Assembly (NCBI GenBank): GCA_009777485.1
Contig: WRLT01000002.1
Span: forward strand, 177,968-241,967
From: Bacillota bacterium
Lineage (GTDB): Bacteria > Bacillota > Clostridia > Christensenellales > Pumilibacteraceae
Length of the DNA stretch: 64,000 bases
Direction of reading: 5' to 3'
The position numbers and the translations under genes are program-made. The notes under the pieces are model-generated. The model was not told where the DNA came from, did not search any database, and saw only the letters and a program-made list of their open reading frames with translations. How positions within the stretch are numbered: position 1 is the first letter of the stretch; each line of letters begins with the position of its first letter. This document shows, one piece after another, positions 48,434-57,750 of this stretch.

Positions 48434-49216
48434 ATGGAAGTTATACGTTCGGCGGACAATTTAAAACTCAAACACGTTAAAAAGCTGTTGGCGGATAAAG
48501 CGTACCGCGCCGAAAACGCACAATACGTTGTAGAAGGAGCGCGTTGGGTTTTAGATGCCGCTAATTTTAAGCCGCAAGCTTTTTGCGCGGTATTTGTTTG
48601 CCAAAGCCGCGCCGAAAAATTTTCGGAGCTGCTAGCAGTAGTGCATCAAAGCGTAAAAGCGTCTTTAATTTTTACGGTTGAAAGCCGCGTTTTTGATAAA
48701 ATAGCCGATACCGAACATAGTCAAGGAATACTGGCTGTATTAGCACAAGATACTGCTATCCGCGCGTTGGGCGATTTTTGTTTATATCTTAACGGCATCC
48801 GCGACCCCGGAAATTTGGGCACTATTATCCGTACCGCCGCCGCCGCGGGCTTTAACGATGTAATACTAGACGCTTGCGCCGATGTGTATAATCCTAAAAC
48901 CGTGCGCAGTTCGATGAGCGCGTTATTAAAGGTACATGTATTTTGCGCACAAGATATAAGCTTAGGCGCGTTAAAGCAAAACGGATACACCGTATACGCC
49001 GCCGATATGCGCGGCGAAAATATTTTTTCGGCAACGCACCGTCCTAAAAAAGCCGTATTGATTATCGGCAGCGAGGCGGACGGCGTAGACGGCGGGCTTT
49101 TACAGCTTGCCGATACCGTAGTTTCAATTCCTATGCGCGATACAGAATCGTTAAACGCCGCCGTAAGCGCGGGCATTATACTGTATCAATTAAAAAATTT
49201 TGAGGGAAGCCTATAA
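48434..49216 (+). CDS. TrmH/SpoU-family RNA 2'-O-methyltransferase
   Basis: SPOUT motifs (GIRDPGNLGTIIRTAAAAGF, VVSIPMRDTESLNAAVSAGIILY). Confidence 0.75.
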   Translation: MEVIRSADNLKLKHVKKLLADKAYRAENAQYVVEGARWVLDAANFKPQAFCAVFVCQSRAEKFSELLAVVHQSVKASLIFTVESRVFDKIADTEHSQGILAVLAQDTAIRALGDFCLYLNGIRDPGNLGTIIRTAAAAGFNDVILDACADVYNPKTVRSSMSALLKVHVFCAQDISLGALKQNGYTVYAADMRGENIFSATHRPKKAVLIIGSEADGVDGGLLQLADTVVSIPMRDTESLNAAVSAGIILYQLKNFEGSL

Positions 49217-49941
49217 TGGCAGGACATAGCAAGTGGTCTACTATCAAGCGTCAAAAAGGCAAAACAGACGCGGCGCGCGCTAAGGTTTTTACTAAAATCG
49301 GGCGCGAGTTAGCCGTTGCGGTAAAGTTTGGCGGTGCAGACCCGTCCGCAAATTCGCGTCTGCGCGATGCGATTGCCAAAGCAAAGGCAGCGAATATGCC
49401 GTCGGATAATATTTTTCGCGGCATTAAAAAAGCGGCGGGCGAGTTACACGCTATTCAGTACGAATCCATTATATACGAGGGCTACGGGCCGGGCGGCGTA
49501 GCGGTAATTGTAGAAACGCTAACCGACAACAAAAACCGTACCGCTAGCGAGATGCGCTACATCTTTGACAGGGCGGGTGGCGCGATGGGTACAACGGGCT
49601 GCGTGTCGTATTTGTTTGAAAGCAAGGGCGTTTTAGTTATCGAAAAAACTGCCAAAATCGGCGAAGATGCGGTTATGATGGATGCGTTGGACGCAGGCGC
49701 GGAGGATTTTTTTAGTCAAGACGAGGCTTACGAGGTGCTTACCGCGCCCGAAAACCTTTCTGCCGTCCGCGAGGCACTGCAAGCAAAGGGCTATACGGTG
49801 TTATCTAGCGGCATAGAAAGAATTCCGCAAACTCACGCAACGCCCTCCGATGCCGACAAGTTTAACAAAATGTTGGATATGTTCGACGATAACGACGACG
49901 TGCAAGAGGTGTACCACAACGCCGAAATGCAGGAAAATTAA
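49216..49941 (+). CDS. yebC: YebC/PmpR-family transcriptional regulator
   Basis: MAGHSKWSTIKRQKGKTDAARAK… is the canonical N-terminus. Confidence 0.85.
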   Translation: MAGHSKWSTIKRQKGKTDAARAKVFTKIGRELAVAVKFGGADPSANSRLRDAIAKAKAANMPSDNIFRGIKKAAGELHAIQYESIIYEGYGPGGVAVIVETLTDNKNRTASEMRYIFDRAGGAMGTTGCVSYLFESKGVLVIEKTAKIGEDAVMMDALDAGAEDFFSQDEAYEVLTAPENLSAVREALQAKGYTVLSSGIERIPQTHATPSDADKFNKMLDMFDDNDDVQEVYHNAEMQEN

Positions 49942-49951
49942 GGAGTAATTT

Positions 49952-51193
49952 ATGACCACTATTAAACAACAATGTTTGGTAGCAAGAAATCACAGCGGCT
50001 ATATCGGCATGCGTTCCTCCGCCGAAAAAAACCGTATGCTGCAAATTATTGCCGACAGCTTAGTGCAAAACGCGCCGTACATCATACAGGCTAATCAATC
50101 CGACGTTGCGGCGGCCGTAGATAAGCCTGCCCATTTTATAGACCGCTTAACGCTTACTGAAAAGCGGATTGAGGATATGGCAAAGGGCTTAGAGGCACTG
50201 ATAGCGCTGCCCGACCCGATAGGCGAGATAGATGCAGAATGGAAGGTTGCGTCCGGCTTGCGGATTCAAAAGGTGCGCGTTCCGTTGGGTCTTATCGCCA
50301 TAATTTACGAGGCGCGCCCTAACGTAACGGCGGACGCAATAGGTTTATGCTTAAAAACAGGCAACGCCATAGTACTGCGCGGCAGTAAGGACGCGCTAAA
50401 ATCTAACGCGACTATTGTAAAGGTTATCAAAAACGCCTTAAAGCAAAATAACTTTAACCCCGAATTTATTCAGTTTATAAACGATGCTTCACGCGAGGGC
50501 GCGTCCGCGCTTATGCAATGCAGCGGCATTGTAGACGTGCTGATTCCGCGCGGTTCTGCGGGGCTTATCAAAACGGTGGTAGAAAATTCGTCCATTCCCG
50601 TTATTCAAACAGGGGCAGGCAACTGCCACGCGTATGTGCATGCCTCCGCCGATTTGGATATGGCAGAAAAAATTATCCTAAACGGAAAGCTTTCGCGCCC
50701 CGCCGTTTGCAACGCGTTAGAAAGCCTGCTAATCGATAAAGAAATCGCCAAAGAATTTTTGCCGCGCATGGTAGCCGCATTGATAACAAACGGCGTAGAA
50801 ATTGTAGGATGCGAACAAACGGTTAAAATATGCAAAAAAGGGGTAACGTCCGCCACAGAGGAAGATTACTACGAGGAGTTTTTGGCGTTAAAAATCGCCG
50901 TTAAGGTGGTAGAAAATATACAAGAGGCGATTGACCATATCAACCGTTACGGCACTATGCACAGCGAAACCATTATTGCCCGCGATAAAGATGCGGCGGA
51001 GTATTTTTTAAACGCGGTAGACAGCGCGGCGGTTTACCACAATGCGTCTACGCGCTTTACCGACGGCTTTGAGTTTGGTTTCGGTGCGGAAATGGGCATT
51101 TCTACCCAAAAGCTGCACGCGCGCGGCCCTATGGGTTTAAAAGAGCTTACCAGCTTAAAGTACAAAATTTTCGGCAGCGGCAATGTCCGCTGA
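49952..51193 (+). CDS. proA: Gamma-glutamyl phosphate reductase (glutamate-5-semialdehyde dehydrogenase)
   Basis: ProA-like throughout (…IYEARPNVTADA…, catalytic Cys GAGNCHAY…). Confidence 0.85.
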   Translation: MTTIKQQCLVARNHSGYIGMRSSAEKNRMLQIIADSLVQNAPYIIQANQSDVAAAVDKPAHFIDRLTLTEKRIEDMAKGLEALIALPDPIGEIDAEWKVASGLRIQKVRVPLGLIAIIYEARPNVTADAIGLCLKTGNAIVLRGSKDALKSNATIVKVIKNALKQNNFNPEFIQFINDASREGASALMQCSGIVDVLIPRGSAGLIKTVVENSSIPVIQTGAGNCHAYVHASADLDMAEKIILNGKLSRPAVCNALESLLIDKEIAKEFLPRMVAALITNGVEIVGCEQTVKICKKGVTSATEEDYYEEFLALKIAVKVVENIQEAIDHINRYGTMHSETIIARDKDAAEYFLNAVDSAAVYHNASTRFTDGFEFGFGAEMGISTQKLHARGPMGLKELTSLKYKIFGSGNVR

Positions 51194-51236
51194 ACCCTGT
51201 ATACATAAATGCTAATGCAAATAATTTTCCGCGTAA

Positions 51237-51270
51237 CCCCAAAAGTACTTGCACAAGTATTTTTGGGGTT
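51237..51270 (+). terminator. Intrinsic terminator after proA
   Basis: CCCCAAAAGTACTTG…CAAGTATTTTTGGGG hairpin followed by TT. Confidence 0.55.
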
Positions 51271-51290
51271 GATAATATACAATATATGGT

Positions 51291-51500
51291 ATGGAAATCT
51301 TTGCGGAAAGGTTAAAAGAATTGCGAATCGAAAAAGGGCTTAGTCAAATGGCGTTATCAAAATGTTTTGATTTTATCAGCCAGTCCGCTATCGCGCATTG
51401 GGAAACAGGCGACCGCGTGCCTACTGCCGAAGCAGTTGTGCTGCTAGCTAAGTTTTTCGGGGTTACCACAGATTACTTGTTGGGGGTGTCGGACGATTAA
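51291..51500 (+). CDS. XRE-family HTH regulator, paralog of 18317..18541
   Basis: LSQMALSKCFDFISQSAIAHWETG. Its stop overlaps the start of the next gene (TAAATG). Confidence 0.7.
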   Translation: MEIFAERLKELRIEKGLSQMALSKCFDFISQSAIAHWETGDRVPTAEAVVLLAKFFGVTTDYLLGVSDD

Positions 51501-52496
51501 ATGGATAAAGACTTTTTAAAAGAAATAGAAAATTTGGTAGAAGAAACCGAGTTGGAAATGAAAGGCAAGTCCGCGCCGTCTGCAAAGCAAAGCGGCAAGC
51601 CGCGCCCAAAACTTAAACATCCGCATGCGGGGCATCGCGGGCGCATGAAGCAATCGGCAGATTCAGACCCCGATTTTATGGTGTTTAGCGATATTGAAAT
51701 GTTAGAATATTTGTTGTTCAACACCATTCCGCGCGTAGATACCAATGTTTTAAGCCATCTGTTGATTGATACGTTCGGTTCGTTTTCGGGTGTATTAAAC
51801 GCAAACGTCAACGAGCTTAAAGCTTACGTTACCGAAGAAACTGCACGCATGCTTACCAGCATTTTACCTGCGGCGCGAAAGGCGGAGATTGCACGGCTGC
51901 GCAACAATACGTTTATCCGAAACACTACCGAAGCGGTGCGGTTTTTAGCCCCGTACTTTATGAACCGCAGTAAAGAATACATATACCTAGCCTGCATAAA
52001 CAATTCGGAGCGCGTTATCAATATAGATTTAGTCGCGGTAGGCGATACCAATTTTTCCGCCGTAGAAATTAAAAAAATTGTCGAAACCGCTTGCCGCCAT
52101 AAAGCCACCAACGTGGTTATCGCGCACAACCACCCGTCGGGCAATCTAAGCCCGTCAGAGGAAGACCTTCATTTAACCAGCCGCTTAAATATCGCGCTGC
52201 TGTCGATTAACATAAAGCTGTTAGACCACGTTATTTTTTCCAGCGAGGGCTATTACAGTTTGTTTGCCAATCGGGATTTTGAAGCAATTTACGCACAGGC
52301 GGATAAGATTTTTAACACCAACTTTCTGCAAGAAATACGCTTAAAGCCGAAAAACTACCGCGAGGGAATTTACCCCTCCGGCCGCGACGAATTGTTTGAA
52401 GACGCCGCCTTACCCATCTACGACGACGACCGCGAAAAAATGTCGTATTCGCTAGGCCACCCCGATTTAAGAAATTTTAAAATCAAAAAACCCTAA
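51501..52496 (+). CDS. radC: RadC-like JAB-domain protein with an extended N-terminus
   Basis: JAMM motif AHNHPSG and an upstream HhH-like segment. It is about 100 aa longer at the N-terminus (basic, low-complexity) than typical RadC. Confidence 0.7.
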   Translation: MDKDFLKEIENLVEETELEMKGKSAPSAKQSGKPRPKLKHPHAGHRGRMKQSADSDPDFMVFSDIEMLEYLLFNTIPRVDTNVLSHLLIDTFGSFSGVLNANVNELKAYVTEETARMLTSILPAARKAEIARLRNNTFIRNTTEAVRFLAPYFMNRSKEYIYLACINNSERVINIDLVAVGDTNFSAVEIKKIVETACRHKATNVVIAHNHPSGNLSPSEEDLHLTSRLNIALLSINIKLLDHVIFSSEGYYSLFANRDFEAIYAQADKIFNTNFLQEIRLKPKNYREGIYPSGRDELFEDAALPIYDDDREKMSYSLGHPDLRNFKIKKP

Positions 52497-52544
52497 TGCC
52501 GAAATTAGCAGAATCGTAGCAATTCTCCATAGTTAAAAATGGAT

Positions 52545-52579
52545 TGACAAAAGCTTTTAACTTTGTTACAATCTTTACT
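52545..52579 (+). promoter_or_regulatory. Consensus sigma-A promoter (TTGACA-17-TACAAT) for dnaN
   Basis: ATTGACAAAAGCTTTTAACTTTGTTACAATC. Confidence 0.55.
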
Positions 52580-52607
52580 ATACACACGCAAAAGGAGTTA
52601 TAGGTTT

Positions 52608-53708
52608 ATGAAATTAGTTTGCAACGGTAATGATTTAAGCGCGGCGGTGGGTCAGGTTATTAAGGCGGCCGCATCTAAAACTACCAACCCGATTTTAGAG
52701 GGCATACACTTAAAGGCGGCGGCAGGGACGCTTACGCTTACCGCTACCGATTTAGAATTAGCCATAGAAAAGCATATCCGTGCCGATGTTAAAATCGAGG
52801 GCGAAACGGTTGTGCCGGGACGCTTTTTTGCCGAGTTTGTAAAAAAACTTACGCAAGAGCAAATCGAGCTTAGCTGTACCGACAGCCGCTTAAAAATTCG
52901 GTACACCGATTCGGAGGGAACGCTGCAATGCTTACCCGCCGCCGAATTTCCGCCCGTTAAAGAGCTTTCGGACGCGCAAAAGTTTACGATTATCCGCAGT
53001 GAATTTAAAGACCTTATCCATAAAATCGCATTTTCGGTAAGCTTAGACGATGCGCGCCCGATGTTAAAAGGCGTATTGTTGGAAGTAGGCGATGTGTCGG
53101 TAACGGGCGTTGCGTTAGACGGCTACCGCTTAGCCAAATGCGTAAAGCCTATCGAAAAAACTACCGCTATGTTCAGCGCGGTAGTGCCGAGCCGCTGCTT
53201 AAACGAAATTGCGCGTATTTTAGACGATTCGTCCGACCCCGTTGAAATCAGCATTCAAAAAAATTACTTAATGGTAAATTTAGACCATACGCGCATTACT
53301 ACGCGTCTGTTAGACGGCGACTATATCAATTATAAGCAAATCATTCCTACTAATTTTGAGTCACAAGTTACCGTCCCGCGCGAGGCTTTCGAGCAAGGCT
53401 TAGAGCGCGCCATTTTATTAGCCAAAGCCGAGCGCAACAATTTGGTTAAGTTTGATATTAAAGACGATGTGATGCGCTTAGAATCCAACTCTGAAATCGG
53501 CAACATTTTAGAAAAAATTCCCGTAAAAATCAGCGGCATGGATATTACCATTGCGTTTAACGCGCGGTATTTTACCGAGCTTTTGCGCTATATCACCGTA
53601 GACCACATCGTAATCAAATTTATCAATTCGGTATCGCCCTGTATAGTCGCGCCGAGCGGCGGGGCGGAGGATTTTATGTACTTAATCCTACCCGTCCGCA
53701 TGATTTAG
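52608..53708 (+). CDS. dnaN: DNA polymerase III beta sliding clamp
   Basis: MKLVCNGNDL… beta-clamp three-domain sequence. AAAAGGAG lies 8 nt upstream of the ATG at 52608. The listed start at 52563 lies within the promoter. Confidence 0.85.
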   Translation: MKLVCNGNDLSAAVGQVIKAAASKTTNPILEGIHLKAAAGTLTLTATDLELAIEKHIRADVKIEGETVVPGRFFAEFVKKLTQEQIELSCTDSRLKIRYTDSEGTLQCLPAAEFPPVKELSDAQKFTIIRSEFKDLIHKIAFSVSLDDARPMLKGVLLEVGDVSVTGVALDGYRLAKCVKPIEKTTAMFSAVVPSRCLNEIARILDDSSDPVEISIQKNYLMVNLDHTRITTRLLDGDYINYKQIIPTNFESQVTVPREAFEQGLERAILLAKAERNNLVKFDIKDDVMRLESNSEIGNILEKIPVKISGMDITIAFNARYFTELLRYITVDHIVIKFINSVSPCIVAPSGGAEDFMYLILPVRMI

Positions 53709-53831
53709 CTGTTTCAATTTTGGCTTGAAAAGCACTACGCTTTGTTTTTTTGCGCGCTTGCGTACATCTAGGTACGCGGCACGCGCAAAAAAATAAACTG
53801 TTGTACAACTTGCACTCAAAATTGAAACAGC
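53708..53831 (+). repeat. Structured intergenic element, copy D (variant 2), between dnaN and dnaX
   Basis: Blocks CTACGCTTTG, TTGCGTACATCTAGGTACGC and AACTGTTG. The inner stem is TTTTTTTGCGCGC/GCGCGCAAAAAAA. The outer perfect 15-bp inverted repeat is GCTGTTTCAATTTTG (starting at the dnaN stop) against CAAAATTGAAACAGC. Confidence 0.7.
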
Positions 53832-53919
53832 CACGCCTTGTTTCGTTTTTAAACTTCCGCGAGACCTTTCTTAGTATTAAATAAAAAGCATAAAATAAAT
53901 AAAAGCATTAAAGGAGTAT

Positions 53920-55443
53920 ATGAGCAGCAGCTATACCGCATTGTACCGCAAATACCGTCCTAAGTCTTTTGCGGATGTTATCGGGCAGGAGCCTATTGCC
54001 GCGACGCTTACCAATCAGGTTTCGTTGGGGAGGATTAGCCATGCCTATTTATTTACGGGTTCGCGCGGGACGGGAAAAACTTCGTGCGCTAAAATTTTCG
54101 CGCGCGCGGTTAATTGCCAAAAGCCTAAAAAAGGTTCTCCGTGCGATAAGTGCGCTGCGTGCAAGGCGTTGGCAGAGCCTGCCAACATGGATATTTTAGA
54201 AATTGACGCCGCCTCTAACAACAAGGTAGACGAGGTGCGCGAAATACGCGAGCGCGTTAAGTATCTGCCCGTTAGCGGAAAGTACAAGGTATACATTATA
54301 GACGAGGTACACATGTTGACGGATTCGGCGTTTAATGCACTGTTGAAAACGCTGGAAGAGCCGCCCGCCCATGTAGTATTTATACTAGCCACTACCGAAC
54401 CGCATAAGCTGCCCGCTACAATATTGTCGCGCTGTATGCGGTTTGATTTCCGTCTAGTACCACTGGGCGTACTGACGGCACATCTGCAAAAGGTTTTCGA
54501 TTTAGAAAAAAAAGCGTACGAACAACAAGCGGCGGAGTATATTGCCGCCGCTGCCGAGGGCAGTGTGCGCGATATGCTGTCTATTGCCGACACGTGTATT
54601 CATTTTTCGGACGGCACGCTTACCCGCGCGGACGTTTTGCGCGTGCTGGGCGCGTCGGGGTTAGAACAGGTTGCCGACTTTTTTGCCGCCCTGCAAGCGG
54701 GGGATGACGGCGGCGCATTAACGCACATCGACGAATTTATTAAAAGCGGAAAGTCGGCAGGGCTTTTGGCAAAGGATACGGCGGCGTATGCGCGCGATTT
54801 ATTAGCAATTAAAACGGGGGCGCAGCAGCTGATAAGCCGCGCAAAAGAGGATATACAAAGCATGGCTGCGGCGGCGGAGTGTGCGGAAAAGGATTTTTTG
54901 GTTTACGTGATTACCGAATTTTCGCGCATAGACTCCGAGCTTAGGTACAGCGTTTCTCCGCGCATTGTGTTAGAGGCCGCCGCTTTGCGCGCCGCAAGAT
55001 TTTCCGCAGGCGGCGTTTCGCCCGTACCCGTAGCCGCGCCCGCGCCTGTGCGCACCCAAGCAAAGCCGCCGCCCGAAACCACCGTACTGCCCGTGCACAC
55101 CATCGCGGACGCAGTTAAGGCGGTTAAAGAAGAAGACGCCAAAAGCATTTGGGGGCGGCTGGTTACACGGTTTAGAAAAAGCGGCGATATGAATTTATAT
55201 ACGCTGTTGGGCGAACATTCCGATTACGTGATTGAGGGCGGCAGTTTAATAATCACTGCACAAGACGATAAGTATTTGCGCTTTTCCGACCCTTCCGCCG
55301 TTGCCGAAATCGAGCGCGCGCTGTCGGAATCGGGCATACCGTACCGCGTCCGTATAGAAAAAGCCGCGCAAGGGGTAGATATGGATAAAGAAATCGTGCG
55401 CGTGCAAAAGCTAACGGGCATAAAACCTAATATAGAAAAATAA
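53920..55443 (+). CDS. dnaX: DNA polymerase III subunits gamma/tau
   Basis: AAA+ motifs (GSRGTGKTS, IIDEVHML) and the zinc module CDKCAAC. Confidence 0.9.
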   Translation: MSSSYTALYRKYRPKSFADVIGQEPIAATLTNQVSLGRISHAYLFTGSRGTGKTSCAKIFARAVNCQKPKKGSPCDKCAACKALAEPANMDILEIDAASNNKVDEVREIRERVKYLPVSGKYKVYIIDEVHMLTDSAFNALLKTLEEPPAHVVFILATTEPHKLPATILSRCMRFDFRLVPLGVLTAHLQKVFDLEKKAYEQQAAEYIAAAAEGSVRDMLSIADTCIHFSDGTLTRADVLRVLGASGLEQVADFFAALQAGDDGGALTHIDEFIKSGKSAGLLAKDTAAYARDLLAIKTGAQQLISRAKEDIQSMAAAAECAEKDFLVYVITEFSRIDSELRYSVSPRIVLEAAALRAARFSAGGVSPVPVAAPAPVRTQAKPPPETTVLPVHTIADAVKAVKEEDAKSIWGRLVTRFRKSGDMNLYTLLGEHSDYVIEGGSLIITAQDDKYLRFSDPSAVAEIERALSESGIPYRVRIEKAAQGVDMDKEIVRVQKLTGIKPNIEK

Positions 55444-55470
55444 GTATAAAAATTTTGGAGGTATAGTAAT

Positions 55471-55794
55471 ATGAAATTCGGCGGGTTCGGGGGCGGCGGC
55501 ATGAACATGCAAGCAATGATGCGTCAAGCCCAAAAAATGCAAGAACAAATGAAACAGGCGCAAGAAGAATTAGAGGCGGCTGAGGTTGAGGGCAGCAGCG
55601 GCGGCGGTTTAGTAACCGTATCGTTAAACGGCAAAGGAAAAATGCTGGGCATTAAAATCAAGCCCGAAGCCGTAGACCCCGACGATATCGAGATGCTGGA
55701 AGATTTAATTACAGCCGCCTTTACTTCCGCATCCGAACAAGCGGAGGCGTTGGAGGCGGAAAAAATGCCCGCCGGCATGGGCGGCCTATTTTAA
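55471..55794 (+). CDS. ybaB: Nucleoid-associated protein YbaB/EbfC
   Basis: …MMRQAQKMQEQMKQAQEEL…GGLVTVSLNGKGKMLGIKI…. Confidence 0.85.
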   Translation: MKFGGFGGGGMNMQAMMRQAQKMQEQMKQAQEELEAAEVEGSSGGGLVTVSLNGKGKMLGIKIKPEAVDPDDIEMLEDLITAAFTSASEQAEALEAEKMPAGMGGLF

Positions 55795-55917
55795 CGGCAC
55801 AAATATGCCGTATACGAACTACGCTTGCCTTGCCGCCTCAGTTGTGTACATCTAGGTACACGCCCTTCGGCGGCGCGGCAACTGTTGTCCGTCTACGACA
55901 CATTTGTGCCGTTAAAA
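55789..55917 (+). repeat. Structured intergenic element, copy E (variant 3), between ybaB and recR
   Basis: CCGTATACG-AACTACGCTTGCC-TTGCCGCC-TCAGTTGTGTACATCTAGGTACACGCCCTTCGGCGGCGCGGCAACTGTTG-TCCGTCTACG. The outer inverted repeat is TTTTAACGGCACAAATATG (including the ybaB TAA stop) against CACATTTGTGCCGTTAAAA. Confidence 0.7.
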
Positions 55918-55943
55918 ACCGATAAGGTTTTTGAGCGAATTTT

Positions 55944-56531
55944 ATGAAACAATTAGACAGTATTGCTAAGTTAATCAACCGTTTTTGTAAGCTACCGGGT
56001 GTGGGGGCTAAAACGGCGCAGCGGTATGCTTACGGCGTTATCGGTATGTCCGATGAAGATGCCCAAGCTTTTTGCGATGCGATAAAAGAAGTTAAGCAAA
56101 AAGTTTGCTACTGTGAGGTGTGCGGCAATTTTGCCGATGCGCAAATCTGCGCGATTTGCAGCGTGCGCAAGCCCTCTTGCATTATAGTTGTTTCGTATCC
56201 GAAAGATGTGTTAGCGTTTGAAAAAGCGGGCGGGGTAAGCGGCGTATACCATGTGCTGCACGGCACAATTTCTCCCTTAGAGGGGCGCGGGCCTAACGAT
56301 ATCCGCATCAAAGAATTACTTGCGCGCCTAAAAGAGGGCACGGAAGAAATTATTTTAGCTACAAATCCCGATGTAGAGGGCGAGGCGACCGCTATGTATA
56401 TAGCTAAGCTTATAAAGCCTATGGGTGTGCGTGTAACGCGCATTGCGCAAGGCATTTCTATGGGAAGCGATATCGAATACGCAGACGAGGTTACGCTGCA
56501 ACGCGCCTTAGAGGGTAGAATTGTTTTGTAA
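55944..56531 (+). CDS. recR: Recombination protein RecR
   Basis: HhH region LPGVGAKTAQR, the C4 zinc finger CEVCGNF…CAIC and a Toprim domain. Confidence 0.9.
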   Translation: MKQLDSIAKLINRFCKLPGVGAKTAQRYAYGVIGMSDEDAQAFCDAIKEVKQKVCYCEVCGNFADAQICAICSVRKPSCIIVVSYPKDVLAFEKAGGVSGVYHVLHGTISPLEGRGPNDIRIKELLARLKEGTEEIILATNPDVEGEATAMYIAKLIKPMGVRVTRIAQGISMGSDIEYADEVTLQRALEGRIVL

Positions 56532-57518
56532 AAATTCTACGGTTTCGCTTAACGATTCTTTAATATCGCGCGGATTATACTGTAATTCGCGCGTTGCTTT
56601 TTCGTGCGAGTAGTTAGAATTGCTTTTAAGCGTGTACAGCGAGTACCCTGTGTACAGCGGCCGCGTTTTTTTAATTTTTGCCGCCAGCGACAAAAACGGC
56701 AAGCCCAGCTTTGCCACCCAAATCGGCAGCACCTTTTTAAGCTTTTTAAGCCCCGTTATTTCGTGCAGCATATCCATTACGTCTTTGATAGGGTAGTAGC
56801 GGTTAGAAAGCAAGTAACATTCTCCCGAAACAAAGTTCTCCTCCGCCGCGATAATTCCGTCGCAAACATCGCGCACATCTACAAAATCGTAGCCGCCTTT
56901 GGTAGCCGCAGGAATTTTACCCGCCATATAATCCGCCGCTAATTGCGTAAGATGAGAGTTTCCGTAATCGTTCGGCCCGACAATTCCGCTAGGATGTACC
57001 ATTGCCGCTTGCAAGCCCTTGTTTGCAACCGCGTCTAACACCAGCGCACTGCCCTCAGCCTTAGATTTTGCGTACGCGCCCTTAACCTTTTTAGGGTCGA
57101 ATGCGGACACTTCGTGCATGAGTGCGCGTTTTTTAAGTTCGGGGATAGCATGTACCGAACTAACGTGCAAGAGGCGCGCGTTATGCGCCAAACAGCACTC
57201 AATTACATTTTTTACGCCGTTAATATTAACATCGCGCATTATTGCATGTTCACGTCTATTGCCGCCGATTAAAACAACCGCCGCCGTATGGATTACGCGG
57301 TATTCTGCGTCCGTTTCACAAAACAGCTGTTCTAGCGCGGCTTTATCGCGGATATCGCCGTAAAACACTTTTGCGGCGGTATCGGGCAAGGCCTTTGCCG
57401 CTTTTTCTTCACTGCGCGCAAGCGCGTGTACCGTTTTACCTTGTTGTATCAGCTTAGGAATCAGGTTGCATCCTACAAACCCCGTCGCGCCCGTTACAAC
57501 GTAAATCGTTTTATCCAT
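56508..57518 (-). CDS. NAD-dependent epimerase/dehydratase (3-beta-HSD family)
   Basis: Rossmann motif VTGATGFVG and the YxxxK motif YAKSK. It is convergent with recR and overlaps it by 24 nt. Confidence 0.75.
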   Translation of the reverse strand: MDKTIYVVTGATGFVGCNLIPKLIQQGKTVHALARSEEKAAKALPDTAAKVFYGDIRDKAALEQLFCETDAEYRVIHTAAVVLIGGNRREHAIMRDVNINGVKNVIECCLAHNARLLHVSSVHAIPELKKRALMHEVSAFDPKKVKGAYAKSKAEGSALVLDAVANKGLQAAMVHPSGIVGPNDYGNSHLTQLAADYMAGKIPAATKGGYDFVDVRDVCDGIIAAEENFVSGECYLLSNRYYPIKDVMDMLHEITGLKKLKKVLPIWVAKLGLPFLSLAAKIKKTRPLYTGYSLYTLKSNSNYSHEKATRELQYNPRDIKESLSETVEFLQNNSTL

Positions 57519-57750
57519 AGTTGATTATTAAATCCTCCAAAAGTTAAACATCTTAGTTTGCCGTCATCGTAGGCAGCATGGTTTCTTATATTCTACAAAA
57601 TATCGCACCATAATGCAAGCACAATAGATAAAAGTACGCAAAATAGAAAATATTCGCTTTTGCATTTGCTAAATATTATAAAGATAAGTCTTGACAAAAG
57701 GGCATATATACCTATATAATATAGGTAATCTTTTTACGGAGGCAGAGAAA

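Noticed and set aside
54045-55148. Minus-strand ORFs inside dnaX (182, 87 and 81 aa)
   Set aside because: Antisense to a confidently identified conserved gene, with no RBS.
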